Of a stretch of DNA of 49,296 nucleotides, positions 41,347-49,296 are shown one piece after another; positions within the stretch are counted from its first letter, which is position 1; each line of letters begins with the position of its first letter. Below the pieces are notes generated by a model, which did no database searches, was not told the DNA's origin, and worked only from the letters and a program-made list of their open reading frames with translations. This DNA comes from a bacterium (lineage in GTDB: Bacteria; Patescibacteriota; Minisyncoccia; Phycocordibacterales; SBAW01). The stretch is taken from NCBI GenBank assembly GCA_021839985.1, contig JAKBZO010000002.1, positions 1 through 49,296 of the forward strand. The letters run 5' to 3'. A program made the translations under genes and the position numbers.

Positions 41347-42249
41347 TTAATGCTGCACGCGTACAGCGTTTATAAGCGCATGAATGTCGCTGTAGCGACC
41401 TTGTTCGGTCGAATGCAGGACGACGGCAATCAGCGGATGACCGAGACTTTCGTCGAAGATCACGACGAGGTTGCCGCCTGCAAGATCAGTATAGCCCGTC
41501 TTTGCGCCGATGAGTCCGGGGATGTCGAAGAGCGGTGCGGCGGTGACCGCAGCAAGGGCGATCTTGTTCGGACCGATGATCTTGTTGCTGTTCGGCGTTA
41601 GTGTACTTTCAAAATAAGATGGATGCGATCGATAGAAGTCGGCGGCGAGCATCGCGACGTCGTGTACTGATCCATATGCGCCGGCAGTCTCAGTGGTAAG
41701 ATCAAGACCGGTCGGATCAAGGAAATAGGTTTGGGCGAGTGACATGTCCTGCGCATGAGCATTCATTTGTTCGATGAATGTCTGTCCGCCGCTTTCTGCC
41801 ACTGCCGCCATGCCCTGGTTAGACGACACCAAGAGAGAATATCTGATGAGCTTGCCGAGTGGCCAGGTTTCCCCCACCTTGAATCCAGAGCTACCTTCGG
41901 TGGCAAGCGCTTGTTTAGACATGCGCACCGAGCTCGTCGCACTCATGATCGAGAGCGCTGTGTCGGCGGTCATGAGCTTGGTGAGTGATGCCAGCGGCAG
42001 CTGCATCTCGCTGTTCTTGGAGAACAGGATCTGGCCGTCGCTTGGATCGTACACGATAGCGGCTCGCGCCGTGAGTGTCTCGGGCGCGAGCGTGATCGGC
42101 GAAAGCGTGCGTGCGGAAGTGGTTGGCTGCGGCTTCCGGCTGTGTTCAATAAGCAGCGAGTAACCAATAATGCCGAGCGCCACCATGATGATGACCATAT
42201 GTATGGCGTGCTGCCTCCTTTTTGTTTTTATATCACTTGTATTATTCAT
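41347..42249 (-). CDS. D-alanyl-D-alanine carboxypeptidase (S11 family)
   Basis: SxxK LASLTKLMT, SxN VSSNQG and KTG GAKTGYT. The start at ATG 42249 overlaps the scpB stop by 8 nt. Confidence 0.85.
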   Translation of the reverse strand: MNNTSDIKTKRRQHAIHMVIIMVALGIIGYSLLIEHSRKPQPTTSARTLSPITLAPETLTARAAIVYDPSDGQILFSKNSEMQLPLASLTKLMTADTALSIMSATSSVRMSKQALATEGSSGFKVGETWPLGKLIRYSLLVSSNQGMAAVAESGGQTFIEQMNAHAQDMSLAQTYFLDPTGLDLTTETAGAYGSVHDVAMLAADFYRSHPSYFESTLTPNSNKIIGPNKIALAAVTAAPLFDIPGLIGAKTGYTDLAGGNLVVIFDESLGHPLIAVVLHSTEQGRYSDIHALINAVRVQH

Positions 42250-42853
42250 GGTCGGTTTCGCTAGTCTCTGGCAATTCTTCTGATGACGCTTCGTGCGCCG
42301 CTTCACTGACTTCTGGGTGCGGCGTTTCCAGATCATTCAGTTGTTTCTGGATCTGTTCAAAGTCTGGTAGTTCAGAGATCTTTGTGATGCCGAGATGCGC
42401 CAGCAGCTCCGTGGTCGGTTCATACATATAAGAACGCTCGTTCTGAGGATTGGTCACTTTGCGCAACAGGCCGCGCATGGTGAGCGTGCGAAGGGTCTGT
42501 GTTGAATTGACGCCGCGGATGAAGTCGATCTGCGCGCGGGTCTGCGCATTTTTGTAGAGCACGGCGGCGAGGACCTCGAGTCCCGCACGGCCTATATCGC
42601 GGTTGTACTCTTCTTTGCGAATGCGCTCGATAAGCGCTGCGCACGACGGCGCGGTGCGCAGCTCAAGCGTTGTGCCGTCATCGACAAGTACAACGCCGCG
42701 CTCACCTCCCCGCTCTCTCATGACGGCGATCGCGCGCTCCAGCTCCTCCGGCGTGATGCCGAGATATTTCGTAAGTTCGATCTTGCTCATGCCGCCCTCT
42801 GCAAAGAGCAGCGCTTCGATCTGTGTTGCGTGTATCTGGTCGTCAGTTCCCAT
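42242..42853 (-). CDS. scpB: Segregation and condensation protein B
   Basis: ..IEALLFA....s..eL......e.....i......y....RG..L........L.T....... pattern (tandem winged helices), immediately downstream of scpA. Confidence 0.85.
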   Translation of the reverse strand: MGTDDQIHATQIEALLFAEGGMSKIELTKYLGITPEELERAIAVMRERGGERGVVLVDDGTTLELRTAPSCAALIERIRKEEYNRDIGRAGLEVLAAVLYKNAQTRAQIDFIRGVNSTQTLRTLTMRGLLRKVTNPQNERSYMYEPTTELLAHLGITKISELPDFEQIQKQLNDLETPHPEVSEAAHEASSEELPETSETDHE

Positions 42854-43592
42854 ACTTTGGTGTTGTTACGGCGTCCGTTTCCAGCATGATATCACCAAAT
42901 GAACCTTCCTGCTGCGCGCGGATGACGCCTTGCTTGACGAGTTCAAGGAGTGCGAGGAAACTTACGACGATGTCATATCTCTTTTCGCGCGGCATCGCGC
43001 CGCTTGAATGGCCAGCGAACTCGTGGAATGAAAGATGGATCGCGTTGCTGACGCGGTCGGCGAGCTTTGAGATCATCTCCTCAAGCGAGATCGCTTTTTT
43101 GACCGCTACCTTGGGGAGCGCCGCGACCGTCTTCGGGAATTCCATGATGACGCGCATGATCGCCAGCTTCAATTCTTCGGGTGTCGTGTGCGCATCGGGC
43201 ATGAAGACCGGCGCCGGTTCGGGCAGCGCGCCGTCAAACAGCGCCGGCGCTGTCCGCAGCGCATTGGCAAGCGAGCGCGCCGCCTCTCGGACGATCTGAT
43301 ACTGCGCGAGGCGGCGCTCAAGCTCATCAATGCTTTGCGTTTCTTCTTGCGTCAATGAGAGCGTCGGCAGAAGCGAGCGCGACTTGATAAGGAGCAGCGT
43401 TGCTGCGAGCGCGACGAAACTGCTCGCTTCTTCAAGCGGCAGCTCGCCCATCGCGCTTACGCGCGCGATGTAATCGTCGGTCACCTGCGCCAGCGTAATG
43501 TCGTTGATGAGCAGCTTGCGGCTCTCGATCAATTCAAGCAGAACCTCAAGCGGTCCTTCAAAGACAGGAGTTTTTACCGAGATCGCAGACAT
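42843..43592 (-). CDS. scpA: Segregation and condensation protein A
   Basis: FEGPLEVLLELIESRKLLINDITLAQVTDDY is the typical ScpA N-terminus. Confidence 0.88.
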   Translation of the reverse strand: MSAISVKTPVFEGPLEVLLELIESRKLLINDITLAQVTDDYIARVSAMGELPLEEASSFVALAATLLLIKSRSLLPTLSLTQEETQSIDELERRLAQYQIVREAARSLANALRTAPALFDGALPEPAPVFMPDAHTTPEELKLAIMRVIMEFPKTVAALPKVAVKKAISLEEMISKLADRVSNAIHLSFHEFAGHSSGAMPREKRYDIVVSFLALLELVKQGVIRAQQEGSFGDIMLETDAVTTPKYGN

Positions 43593-43598
43593 GAGTTT

Positions 43599-44999
43599 TT
43601 AAAGAGATTCAACTGCTTTGAGGAGAAGCCGCACGGGGGCGCCTGCGGCGCCGGGAGCGAGATACTCATCTTTGTCTGACGTCATGCGCGGCGCGATATC
43701 GAGGTGGACGAACGGACACCTGATATCTTTGGCGAATTCCTGCAAGAACATGCCGCCGCCGGTGACGCCGGCGCGGCGCGACCAGCCGCCCGTCGGCACA
43801 TTGGCGACATCGGCGAAATCGCTCTTCAGCATTTCTTCGTATTCTTCCCACATCGGGAATGGCCAGACATAGTCGCCGGATTCTTCGCCGAGTGCGCTGA
43901 GTTTTTTCAAGACCGCTTCGTCGGTCGTCATGAGACCGCTGGCTTGGAAGCCGAGCGCGACCACGCTTGCGCCAGTGAGTGTTGAACATTCGATGATGGC
44001 GCGTGGATCGTAGCGCTTGGCGTAGGTGATCGCATCGGCAAGGGTAACGCGCCCTTCGGCATCGGTATCGACGATCTCGATCGTCTTACCCGAAAGACTT
44101 TTGATGATGTCGCCAGGTCGCACGGCGGTGCCGGATGGCATGTTCTCGACCGCCGCGACGAGTGCGATGATGTGAGTCGGAAGCTTGAGGCGCGCTGCGG
44201 CAGCGATCGCATGAATGACCGCGCTGCCCCCGGACATGTCCATATGCATCTCACTCATGTTGCTGCCTGTTTTTATATTGAGACCGCCGGAGTCGAACGT
44301 GACGCCTTTGCCGATGAGCACGATCGGTCTCTTTTTCGTCTTTACAGAGGGTTCCCCTCTGTATTCCATGATGAGGAACTGTGGCTCCTCTGCGCTTCCT
44401 TGTGCAATACCGAGCACTGCGCCCATGCCGAGCTTCTGCATTTCTTTGCGGCCGAGGACTTTGAGCGTCACCGAAGTGCCTTTGAGTGCGACTTTTGCAG
44501 CCGCGACCAATTTCTTCGGTGTCATGTCGCCACCCGGCGTGTTGGCGAGCATACGACATCCGTTGACCTCTGTGCCGACGATCTCCCCGCGCTGTATACC
44601 TGCGAGCGCTTCTTTGGGTGCACCGATCACGAATACGCGTTCAACGCCCGCGTAGTCATTCTTGCCTTTCTTTTTGTAAACGGTGAATGCGAAATTCGCC
44701 ATCGCGAACGCAACCGCCATCATCTCGCCAAGCTGCGCGTCGCTTACATCGGTGTGAACGAGTTTGCGCACCTCACTCCACGAAAGCGAGAGCGACCTGA
44801 TCTTATTCTGTTTCGCCGTCGCGACGATCTTGCGCAAGAAAAGCACTGCCTTGCGGCGCGAGAGCGGCAGCGACTCCTTCTTGCCACAGGCGATACGGAG
44901 CTCGTGTCCGGTCTTCGTCTCGACGAACTTCGATACGGTCCCTTCAGCGAAGCGGACAATCGCAGCATCCTTTCCCGCTTTCTTTCTCGTTTCGATCAT
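43599..44999 (-). CDS. pepA: Leucyl aminopeptidase (M17)
   Basis: GKGVTFDSGG, MHMDMSG and VDTDAEGRVTLAD (the NTDAEGRL signature). Confidence 0.9.
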   Translation of the reverse strand: MIETRKKAGKDAAIVRFAEGTVSKFVETKTGHELRIACGKKESLPLSRRKAVLFLRKIVATAKQNKIRSLSLSWSEVRKLVHTDVSDAQLGEMMAVAFAMANFAFTVYKKKGKNDYAGVERVFVIGAPKEALAGIQRGEIVGTEVNGCRMLANTPGGDMTPKKLVAAAKVALKGTSVTLKVLGRKEMQKLGMGAVLGIAQGSAEEPQFLIMEYRGEPSVKTKKRPIVLIGKGVTFDSGGLNIKTGSNMSEMHMDMSGGSAVIHAIAAAARLKLPTHIIALVAAVENMPSGTAVRPGDIIKSLSGKTIEIVDTDAEGRVTLADAITYAKRYDPRAIIECSTLTGASVVALGFQASGLMTTDEAVLKKLSALGEESGDYVWPFPMWEEYEEMLKSDFADVANVPTGGWSRRAGVTGGGMFLQEFAKDIRCPFVHLDIAPRMTSDKDEYLAPGAAGAPVRLLLKAVESL

Positions 45000-46342
45000 T
45001 TTACTTCTTCGCCTTCTGCGGTTAATCGAACATCGATACGATTGATATCGCGCGGGAACAAGGTCGCCTCTTTGACATTGGGCAGGCCGAGGAATTTCGC
45101 GGTGAGGCGCTCAAGACCCATACCCCATCCGCCGTGCGGCGGCATGCCGTATTTGAAGGCTTGTAGGTAGAAAGAGAAATTCTCAGGAACGAGCCCCTTC
45201 ATCTTCATTCCCTCGATGAGGTTGTCATAGTCATGGCGTCGCTGTCCGCCGGTCGTGATCTCAACGCCGCGGAACAGAAGATCGAAACTCTTGGTGAAGC
45301 CCTTATTGTTCTCGTCTTCGTAGGTGTAGAACGGGCGCTTCGAGACCGGATAGTGCGTGACGAAAACGAAATCAGAATTGTGGGCGCGCTTTGACCACTC
45401 GCATAGCCAGCGTTCATCCTCTGGTTCGAGATCCGGCTCGGCGCGCTTGTCTTTGCCGGTCTCTTTGAAGATAAGCTCCTGTGCTTCGCGCAGTTTCATC
45501 GACGGGATCGTCTCTGGCACGACCGGCACTTCTGCTTTCAAAAGCGCGAACTCGGCAGCGCATGTCTTTCCAAGATGCTCGCAGATCGCTTTCATGAGGC
45601 GTGTCTCAACCGCCATGATATCGGTGTGATCGCGGATAAAACCGAACTCGGCATCCATCGAAGTGTACTCGTTGAGGTGGCGGGTAGTGCTGTGTTTTTC
45701 TGCGCGGAACACGTTGCCGATCGCGAACACCCGCTCGAAGACGCCGACCATGATCTGTTTGTAGAGTTGAGGTGAGGTTGCAAGGTGGGCGGTCTTGCCG
45801 TAGAGGTACGCGACTTCAAAAACCTCACCGCTTCCTTCTGCGTCGTCGCCGATCAGTTTCGGTGCTTGGAATTCGGTAAAGCCGTCGCTCCCGAGAAAGG
45901 CGCGGTACGCTTTCGTTATCTCGGCTTGCACTTTGAATACCGCACGAGCTTTATCAGCGCGCAAGGTATAGGGCAGATAGTCGAGATATGTGTCGATGTT
46001 GAGTTCGGCGTCGAGGTCGAACGGCAGGTCGCGTGGGGCTGCGAGCACATCGATCGAATGGATCTCGAGCTCAATGTCGCCGTTCTGCATGTTCGGATTG
46101 ACGTTCTTCTCCGGGCGCTTGTTCACCGTGCCGATCACGCAGACGACCGCCTCGCGCGCGGTTTCCTTCGCTGTGCCGATCGCTTCCGACTGCGGAAGCG
46201 TCACGCCCTGCACCATGCCGCTGCGATCGCGGAAATCGAAGAATACCATCTTGCCCTGGTCGCGCCGCACCGACACCCATCCTTCAATGAGCGCTTTCTC
46301 CCCGACCTTCTGCCCGAGTCCTGCGATAAGTGTTCGTTCCAT
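44996..46342 (-). CDS. aspS: Aspartate--tRNA ligase, archaeal/eukaryotic-type (class IIb)
   Basis: ATSPQLYKQ, FRAEKHSTTRHLNEYTSMDAE and GGWGMGLERL; 448 aa. Confidence 0.88.
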   Translation of the reverse strand: MERTLIAGLGQKVGEKALIEGWVSVRRDQGKMVFFDFRDRSGMVQGVTLPQSEAIGTAKETAREAVVCVIGTVNKRPEKNVNPNMQNGDIELEIHSIDVLAAPRDLPFDLDAELNIDTYLDYLPYTLRADKARAVFKVQAEITKAYRAFLGSDGFTEFQAPKLIGDDAEGSGEVFEVAYLYGKTAHLATSPQLYKQIMVGVFERVFAIGNVFRAEKHSTTRHLNEYTSMDAEFGFIRDHTDIMAVETRLMKAICEHLGKTCAAEFALLKAEVPVVPETIPSMKLREAQELIFKETGKDKRAEPDLEPEDERWLCEWSKRAHNSDFVFVTHYPVSKRPFYTYEDENNKGFTKSFDLLFRGVEITTGGQRRHDYDNLIEGMKMKGLVPENFSFYLQAFKYGMPPHGGWGMGLERLTAKFLGLPNVKEATLFPRDINRIDVRLTAEGEEVK

Positions 46343-46343
46343 G

Positions 46344-46378
46344 TCTTTAGTAAGTAGAAAGTAGTTGGTAGTACGTAG
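46344..46378 (-). repeat. Heptad-phased CTA array H5 (5 units) immediately 5' of the aspS start
   Basis: Minus strand CTACGTA CTACCAA CTACTTT CTACTTA CTAAAGA, then C, then ATG. Plus-strand TAG at 46348, 46355, 46362, 46369 and 46376. Confidence 0.95.
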
Positions 46379-46411
46379 TGAAAATTCCTGGCGGTATTTC
46401 TCTATGATATA

Positions 46412-47362
46412 TCATAGAGAAATACCGATCTTCTGTCGCACCTCTTTCATCTTTGCCGATGCGATCTCACGCGCTTTCTCAGAACCATTTGCAAGCACTT
46501 CGCGCACGACATCATCGGTGATGAGCGCACGCTTCTCGCGCATGGGCGCTATGAACGCATCAATGTCTTCGATGAGCAGTTCTTTGAGGTTCTTGTACTT
46601 GCCGCGGTTCTCTTCGTAGATATTCACAAGCTCATCTTCGCTGCGGAAGAGTTTGTGGATCGCATACACATGCTCCGGTCGCTCGCCTGAGGAGTCGGTC
46701 ACGATGCTCATCACCGCCTTCGCGATCTCGTCTTTGGTACCGAAGAGCGGAATGGTGTTGCCGTAGCTCTTGCTCATCTTGCGACCGTCGGTGCCGGGGA
46801 CCACGGCAACTTCTTTGAGTATCTTCTCTTGCGGTTCTTTGAATGTTGCGCCGTAGGCGTTGTTGAATTTCGACGCTGCTTCGCGCGCGTACTCGACATG
46901 CTGCCGCTGATCCTCGCCGACTGGCACAATGTCGGTATCGTAGAGGATGATATCCGCCGCCATGAGCATCGGATAGTTGAAGAGCCCGGCATTCGCTTCC
47001 TCGCCCTTAGCGGTGCGGTCTTTGTAGGCGTGCGCCTGCATGAGGAACGGCACGGTCACGAGGCACTCAAGTATCCATGCGAGTTCTGCGTGCTCCGGCA
47101 CGTCGGACTGTTTGAACAGAAGCGCCTTTGAAGGATCGAAACCTGCGGCGAGATAGTCGCGAACGATAGCAAATGAATTGGCGCGCAGTTCGTCGCCGGA
47201 GCGCACGGTCGTGAGTGCATGGAGGTCGGCAAGAAAAAGGACGCTGTCATACTCGCTGTACATGTCCAAGAACGGCTTGAGTGCACCGAAATAATTGCCG
47301 ATATGGAGTGAGCCGCCGGTCGGTTTGAGCCCGGTCAAAAGCCGCTTTTTCTGAGCTGTCAT
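46412..47362 (-). CDS. trpS: Tryptophan--tRNA ligase
   Basis: GSLHIGNYFG (HIGH) and KMSKSYGN (KMSKS); 316 aa. Confidence 0.93.
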   Translation of the reverse strand: MTAQKKRLLTGLKPTGGSLHIGNYFGALKPFLDMYSEYDSVLFLADLHALTTVRSGDELRANSFAIVRDYLAAGFDPSKALLFKQSDVPEHAELAWILECLVTVPFLMQAHAYKDRTAKGEEANAGLFNYPMLMAADIILYDTDIVPVGEDQRQHVEYAREAASKFNNAYGATFKEPQEKILKEVAVVPGTDGRKMSKSYGNTIPLFGTKDEIAKAVMSIVTDSSGERPEHVYAIHKLFRSEDELVNIYEENRGKYKNLKELLIEDIDAFIAPMREKRALITDDVVREVLANGSEKAREIASAKMKEVRQKIGISL

Positions 47363-47412
47363 ATGCGTAAGTGTAACATAAGGACATGCGCCTTGCGACG
47401 GTGCGGGCGAAG

Positions 47413-47440
47413 CTTTTAGCGGGTAGATTTTAGCTTTTAG
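47413..47440 (-). repeat. Heptad-phased CTA array H6 (4 units) between the dnaJ terminator and trpS
   Basis: Minus strand (GTAGAAC) CTAAAAG CTAAAAT CTACCCG CTAAAAG. Plus-strand TAG at 47417, 47424, 47431 and 47438. About 50 nt upstream of the trpS ATG. Confidence 0.9.
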
Positions 47441-47452
47441 GTTCTACAAACA

Positions 47453-47479
47453 CCCCGCGCTGGTTTTGCCAGCGCGGGG
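47453..47479 (-). terminator. Terminator hairpin after dnaJ
   Basis: CCCCGCGCTGG-TTTTG-CCAGCGCGGGG, an 11-bp stem. On the minus strand it is followed by TGTTTGT. Confidence 0.6.
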
Positions 47480-47510
47480 TTTGAGCCCCCTACATTCTAC
47501 GAACTTGATC

Positions 47511-48575
47511 CTACACCCCTTCGTCCTTCAATTTTTCGATAAGACCCATCGCCTCCTTCGAAAGTTTTTTCGGCAAAATGATCGAGACGCGCACATAGAG
47601 ATCGCCGCGTTTGCCGCCGCGTCCATGCGGCACGCCCTTCCCTTTTATGACGATCATCTGCCCGTGTTCAACGCCTGCGGGCACGTCGATCTTCTCATCG
47701 CCGTCGAGCGTGGGCACGGAGTATTTTTTGCCAAGCAGTGCGTCAGTGAGTTTGACCGAAAGATCGGTAATGAGATTAACGCCATCTTTGATGAATCGCT
47801 TGTCTGCGGCAACATGCACTTTGATGTAGAGATCTCCCGCCACACCGCCTGCGACCGCTTCTCCCGCTCCGGTCATGCGGATCATCTCGCCGTTCTCGAT
47901 ACCGGCGGGCACATTGATGCTGATCTCTTCCTGCTTGCGCCGCACGCCTTCACCGTGACAGGTCGTACACTTTTCCTCCGGTACCTTGCCAGTGCTGCGG
48001 CAGGTCGCGCATGGCTGCACTGTCGTCACCGCGCCAAAAAATGAATTGACGGTCTGATGCACTTTGCCGGCGCCGCCGCAGGTCGTACACGTGTTAAGTT
48101 TGCTCCCGGGCTTGGCACCGGAACCATGACACACTTCGCACTCGGAAACTTTTTGAAGCAGCACGACGCGCGCGGCACCAAAGATCGATTCTTTGAATGA
48201 GAGCTGAAGGTCGATCGAAATGTCGCGACCGCGTCGCGCCTGACGGCCACCGCCGCCGAAAATATCGCCGAAATCGAATCCCATACCACCGAACGCTTCC
48301 TGGAACTGCGAGAAGTCGAAACCTTGCGCACCATTGAAACCGCCGAAACCGCCCGCGCCGTTCCCGCCGAAGGTCTGTCCGTACGAGTCATACTCAGCGC
48401 GCTTCTTGTCGTCGGAGAGTACGGAGTATGCTTCGCTCGCCTCTTTGAATTTTTCCGCATCGCCGCCCTTCTTGTCGGGATGATATTTGTGCGCGAGCTT
48501 ATGGAATGCTTTTTTTATTTCTTCCTTGCTGGCGCTTTTCGGAACGCCGAGCACGCTGTAGTAATCTTTTGCCAT
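47511..48575 (-). CDS. dnaJ: Molecular chaperone DnaJ
   Basis: J domain [14 protein letters not shown], a G/F-rich region, and four CxxCxGxG repeats. The ATG at 48575 gives MAKDYY. Confidence 0.93.
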   Translation of the reverse strand: MAKDYYSVLGVPKSASKEEIKKAFHKLAHKYHPDKKGGDAEKFKEASEAYSVLSDDKKRAEYDSYGQTFGGNGAGGFGGFNGAQGFDFSQFQEAFGGMGFDFGDIFGGGGRQARRGRDISIDLQLSFKESIFGAARVVLLQKVSECEVCHGSGAKPGSKLNTCTTCGGAGKVHQTVNSFFGAVTTVQPCATCRSTGKVPEEKCTTCHGEGVRRKQEEISINVPAGIENGEMIRMTGAGEAVAGGVAGDLYIKVHVAADKRFIKDGVNLITDLSVKLTDALLGKKYSVPTLDGDEKIDVPAGVEHGQMIVIKGKGVPHGRGGKRGDLYVRVSIILPKKLSKEAMGLIEKLKDEGV

Positions 48576-48608
48576 TTGCACAATATACTCTTTTGTATCC
48601 TTATATGC

Positions 48609-48640
48609 AAAAGAAAAGGCGCAGGGTTGGTCCTTGCGCC
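48609..48640 (-). terminator. Rho-independent terminator upstream of dnaJ (ends the 49080-48663 operon)
   Basis: Minus strand GGCGCAAGG-ACCAA-CCCTGCGCC followed by TTTTCTTTT. Confidence 0.65.
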
Positions 48641-48662
48641 CGTGTGATGGCTTTGACAGCCG

Positions 48663-48782
48663 TCACTTCCTACTGTGCGTGATCTGGTCGCCGATGTTTT
48701 TCCCGAGCTCGTCCTCATGGGTCTTGCTGCAAGCGACGACCAGGAGCAGCGCGCATATCAGTGCCGTGATGAGTTTGAGCAT
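48663..48782 (-). CDS. Putative small lipoprotein (39 aa), absent from the ORF track
   Basis: Hand translation gives MLKLITALICALLLVVACSKTHEDELGKNIGDQITHSRK*: a signal peptide plus lipobox VVAC. It lies 10 nt after the stop of the upstream gene. Confidence 0.45.
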   Translation of the reverse strand: MLKLITALICALLLVVACSKTHEDELGKNIGDQITHSRK

Positions 48783-48792
48783 GATAGCCCCT

Positions 48793-49080
48793 TCATATCT
48801 GCTTGATGTACTGCGGGTTAGCGAGAAGCTTCTTCGCTCGCTCGCAGTCGTCCTTGCCGCCGGGGCCGGGGTATCCCGGGTCGCAGAGTCGGATCGTGTC
48901 TTGCACCCGCTTCTCTGTTCGTTGGGTCGAACCGGTCGGCACCGCTTGCTTCGCTTGCGGCACTGAACTCACATCCAGACCCTGAAGATAGACGTCGACG
49001 ACAAGCAGTCCCGCGACCGTCAAAGCCGCCATGATGAGGAGCCCCCACACCGGGCGCCGTTCAATAATTGGTTCTTTCAT
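48793..49080 (-). CDS. Hypothetical membrane-anchored protein (95 aa)
   Basis: AAGGAGG (49086-49092, minus strand) lies 5 nt upstream of the ATG. One TM segment (WGLLIMAALTVAGLLVV). Confidence 0.55.
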   Translation of the reverse strand: MKEPIIERRPVWGLLIMAALTVAGLLVVDVYLQGLDVSSVPQAKQAVPTGSTQRTEKRVQDTIRLCDPGYPGPGGKDDCERAKKLLANPQYIKQI

Positions 49081-49192
49081 GATGACCTCCTTGGCCGATG
49101 AAGTTTCGGGAATGGTTCTATGCGAAAAAACAACTGCGTAAAGTTAAGCATACATAATCGAATACGTCAATACCCCCATGGTGAATTCGCAC

Positions 49193-49228
49193 GCTAACTG
49201 CACAGCGGTTTGCAGGCTAATTGCACAG
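49193..49228. promoter_or_regulatory. Direct repeat GCTAA[C/T]TGCACAG x2 upstream of the 49080 operon
   Basis: 49193-49205 and 49216-49228 match at 12 of 13 positions with a 23-nt period. The second copy overlaps the palindrome CACAG-GCA-CTGTG. Confidence 0.3.
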
Positions 49229-49296
49229 GCACTGTGGCCGCACATACTCTGGCCATATGTCACATACCCATATCAGGCCAGAAGACTGGCCAGTCA

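Overview
49.3 kb of a gene-dense, G+C-rich bacterial chromosome, mostly coding on the minus strand. The backbone is housekeeping: rpmA, rplI, an S41 protease, cysS, dnaB, recR, rplU, rmuC, yqeY, mpg, lysS, greA, PBP2, an M23 peptidase, gltX, a DD-carboxypeptidase, scpAB, pepA, archaeal-type aspS, trpS and dnaJ. The dcw cell-wall cluster is in two pieces: mraZ-rsmH-ftsL-ftsI-murF at 22.7-27.6 kb and mraY-ftsW-murG at 37.9-41.3 kb. The gene repertoire and the lack of Shine-Dalgarno (SD) sites on core genes fit a reduced-genome lineage such as Patescibacteria/CPR; that is inference only. Accessory parts: (a) a visibly low-G+C Fic cassette at the left edge whose Fic motif has Arg in place of the catalytic His; (b) tRNA-Pro(GGG) followed by a recombination-scar-like region and a truncated gene; (c) a roughly 6.2 kb low-G+C island at tRNA-Glu(UUC). 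The island carries a large serine recombinase, a SHOCT protein, an overlapping two-gene operon of unknown function, an iteron-like repeat cluster and gene fragments. Signals not explained by ordinary annotation: (1) arrays of 3-5 exactly 7-nt-phased CTA triplets (TAG on the other strand, so stops in all three frames). They sit where an SD would be in front of several core genes (exonuclease, rpmA, murG, aspS, trpS). (2) Three homologous 125-170 nt modules, one after tRNA-Pro and two at the far end of the tRNA-Glu island. Their interiors share identical 12-mers, but their terminal inverted repeats copy the 3' end of whichever tRNA is adjacent. (3) Strong AGGAGG sites occur only in front of small orphan genes. 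(4) A glycosyltransferase-methyltransferase fusion ORF is interrupted by one in-frame TGA. No rRNA, CRISPR array or cas gene was seen. All functional calls come from motif recognition by eye; no database search was run.
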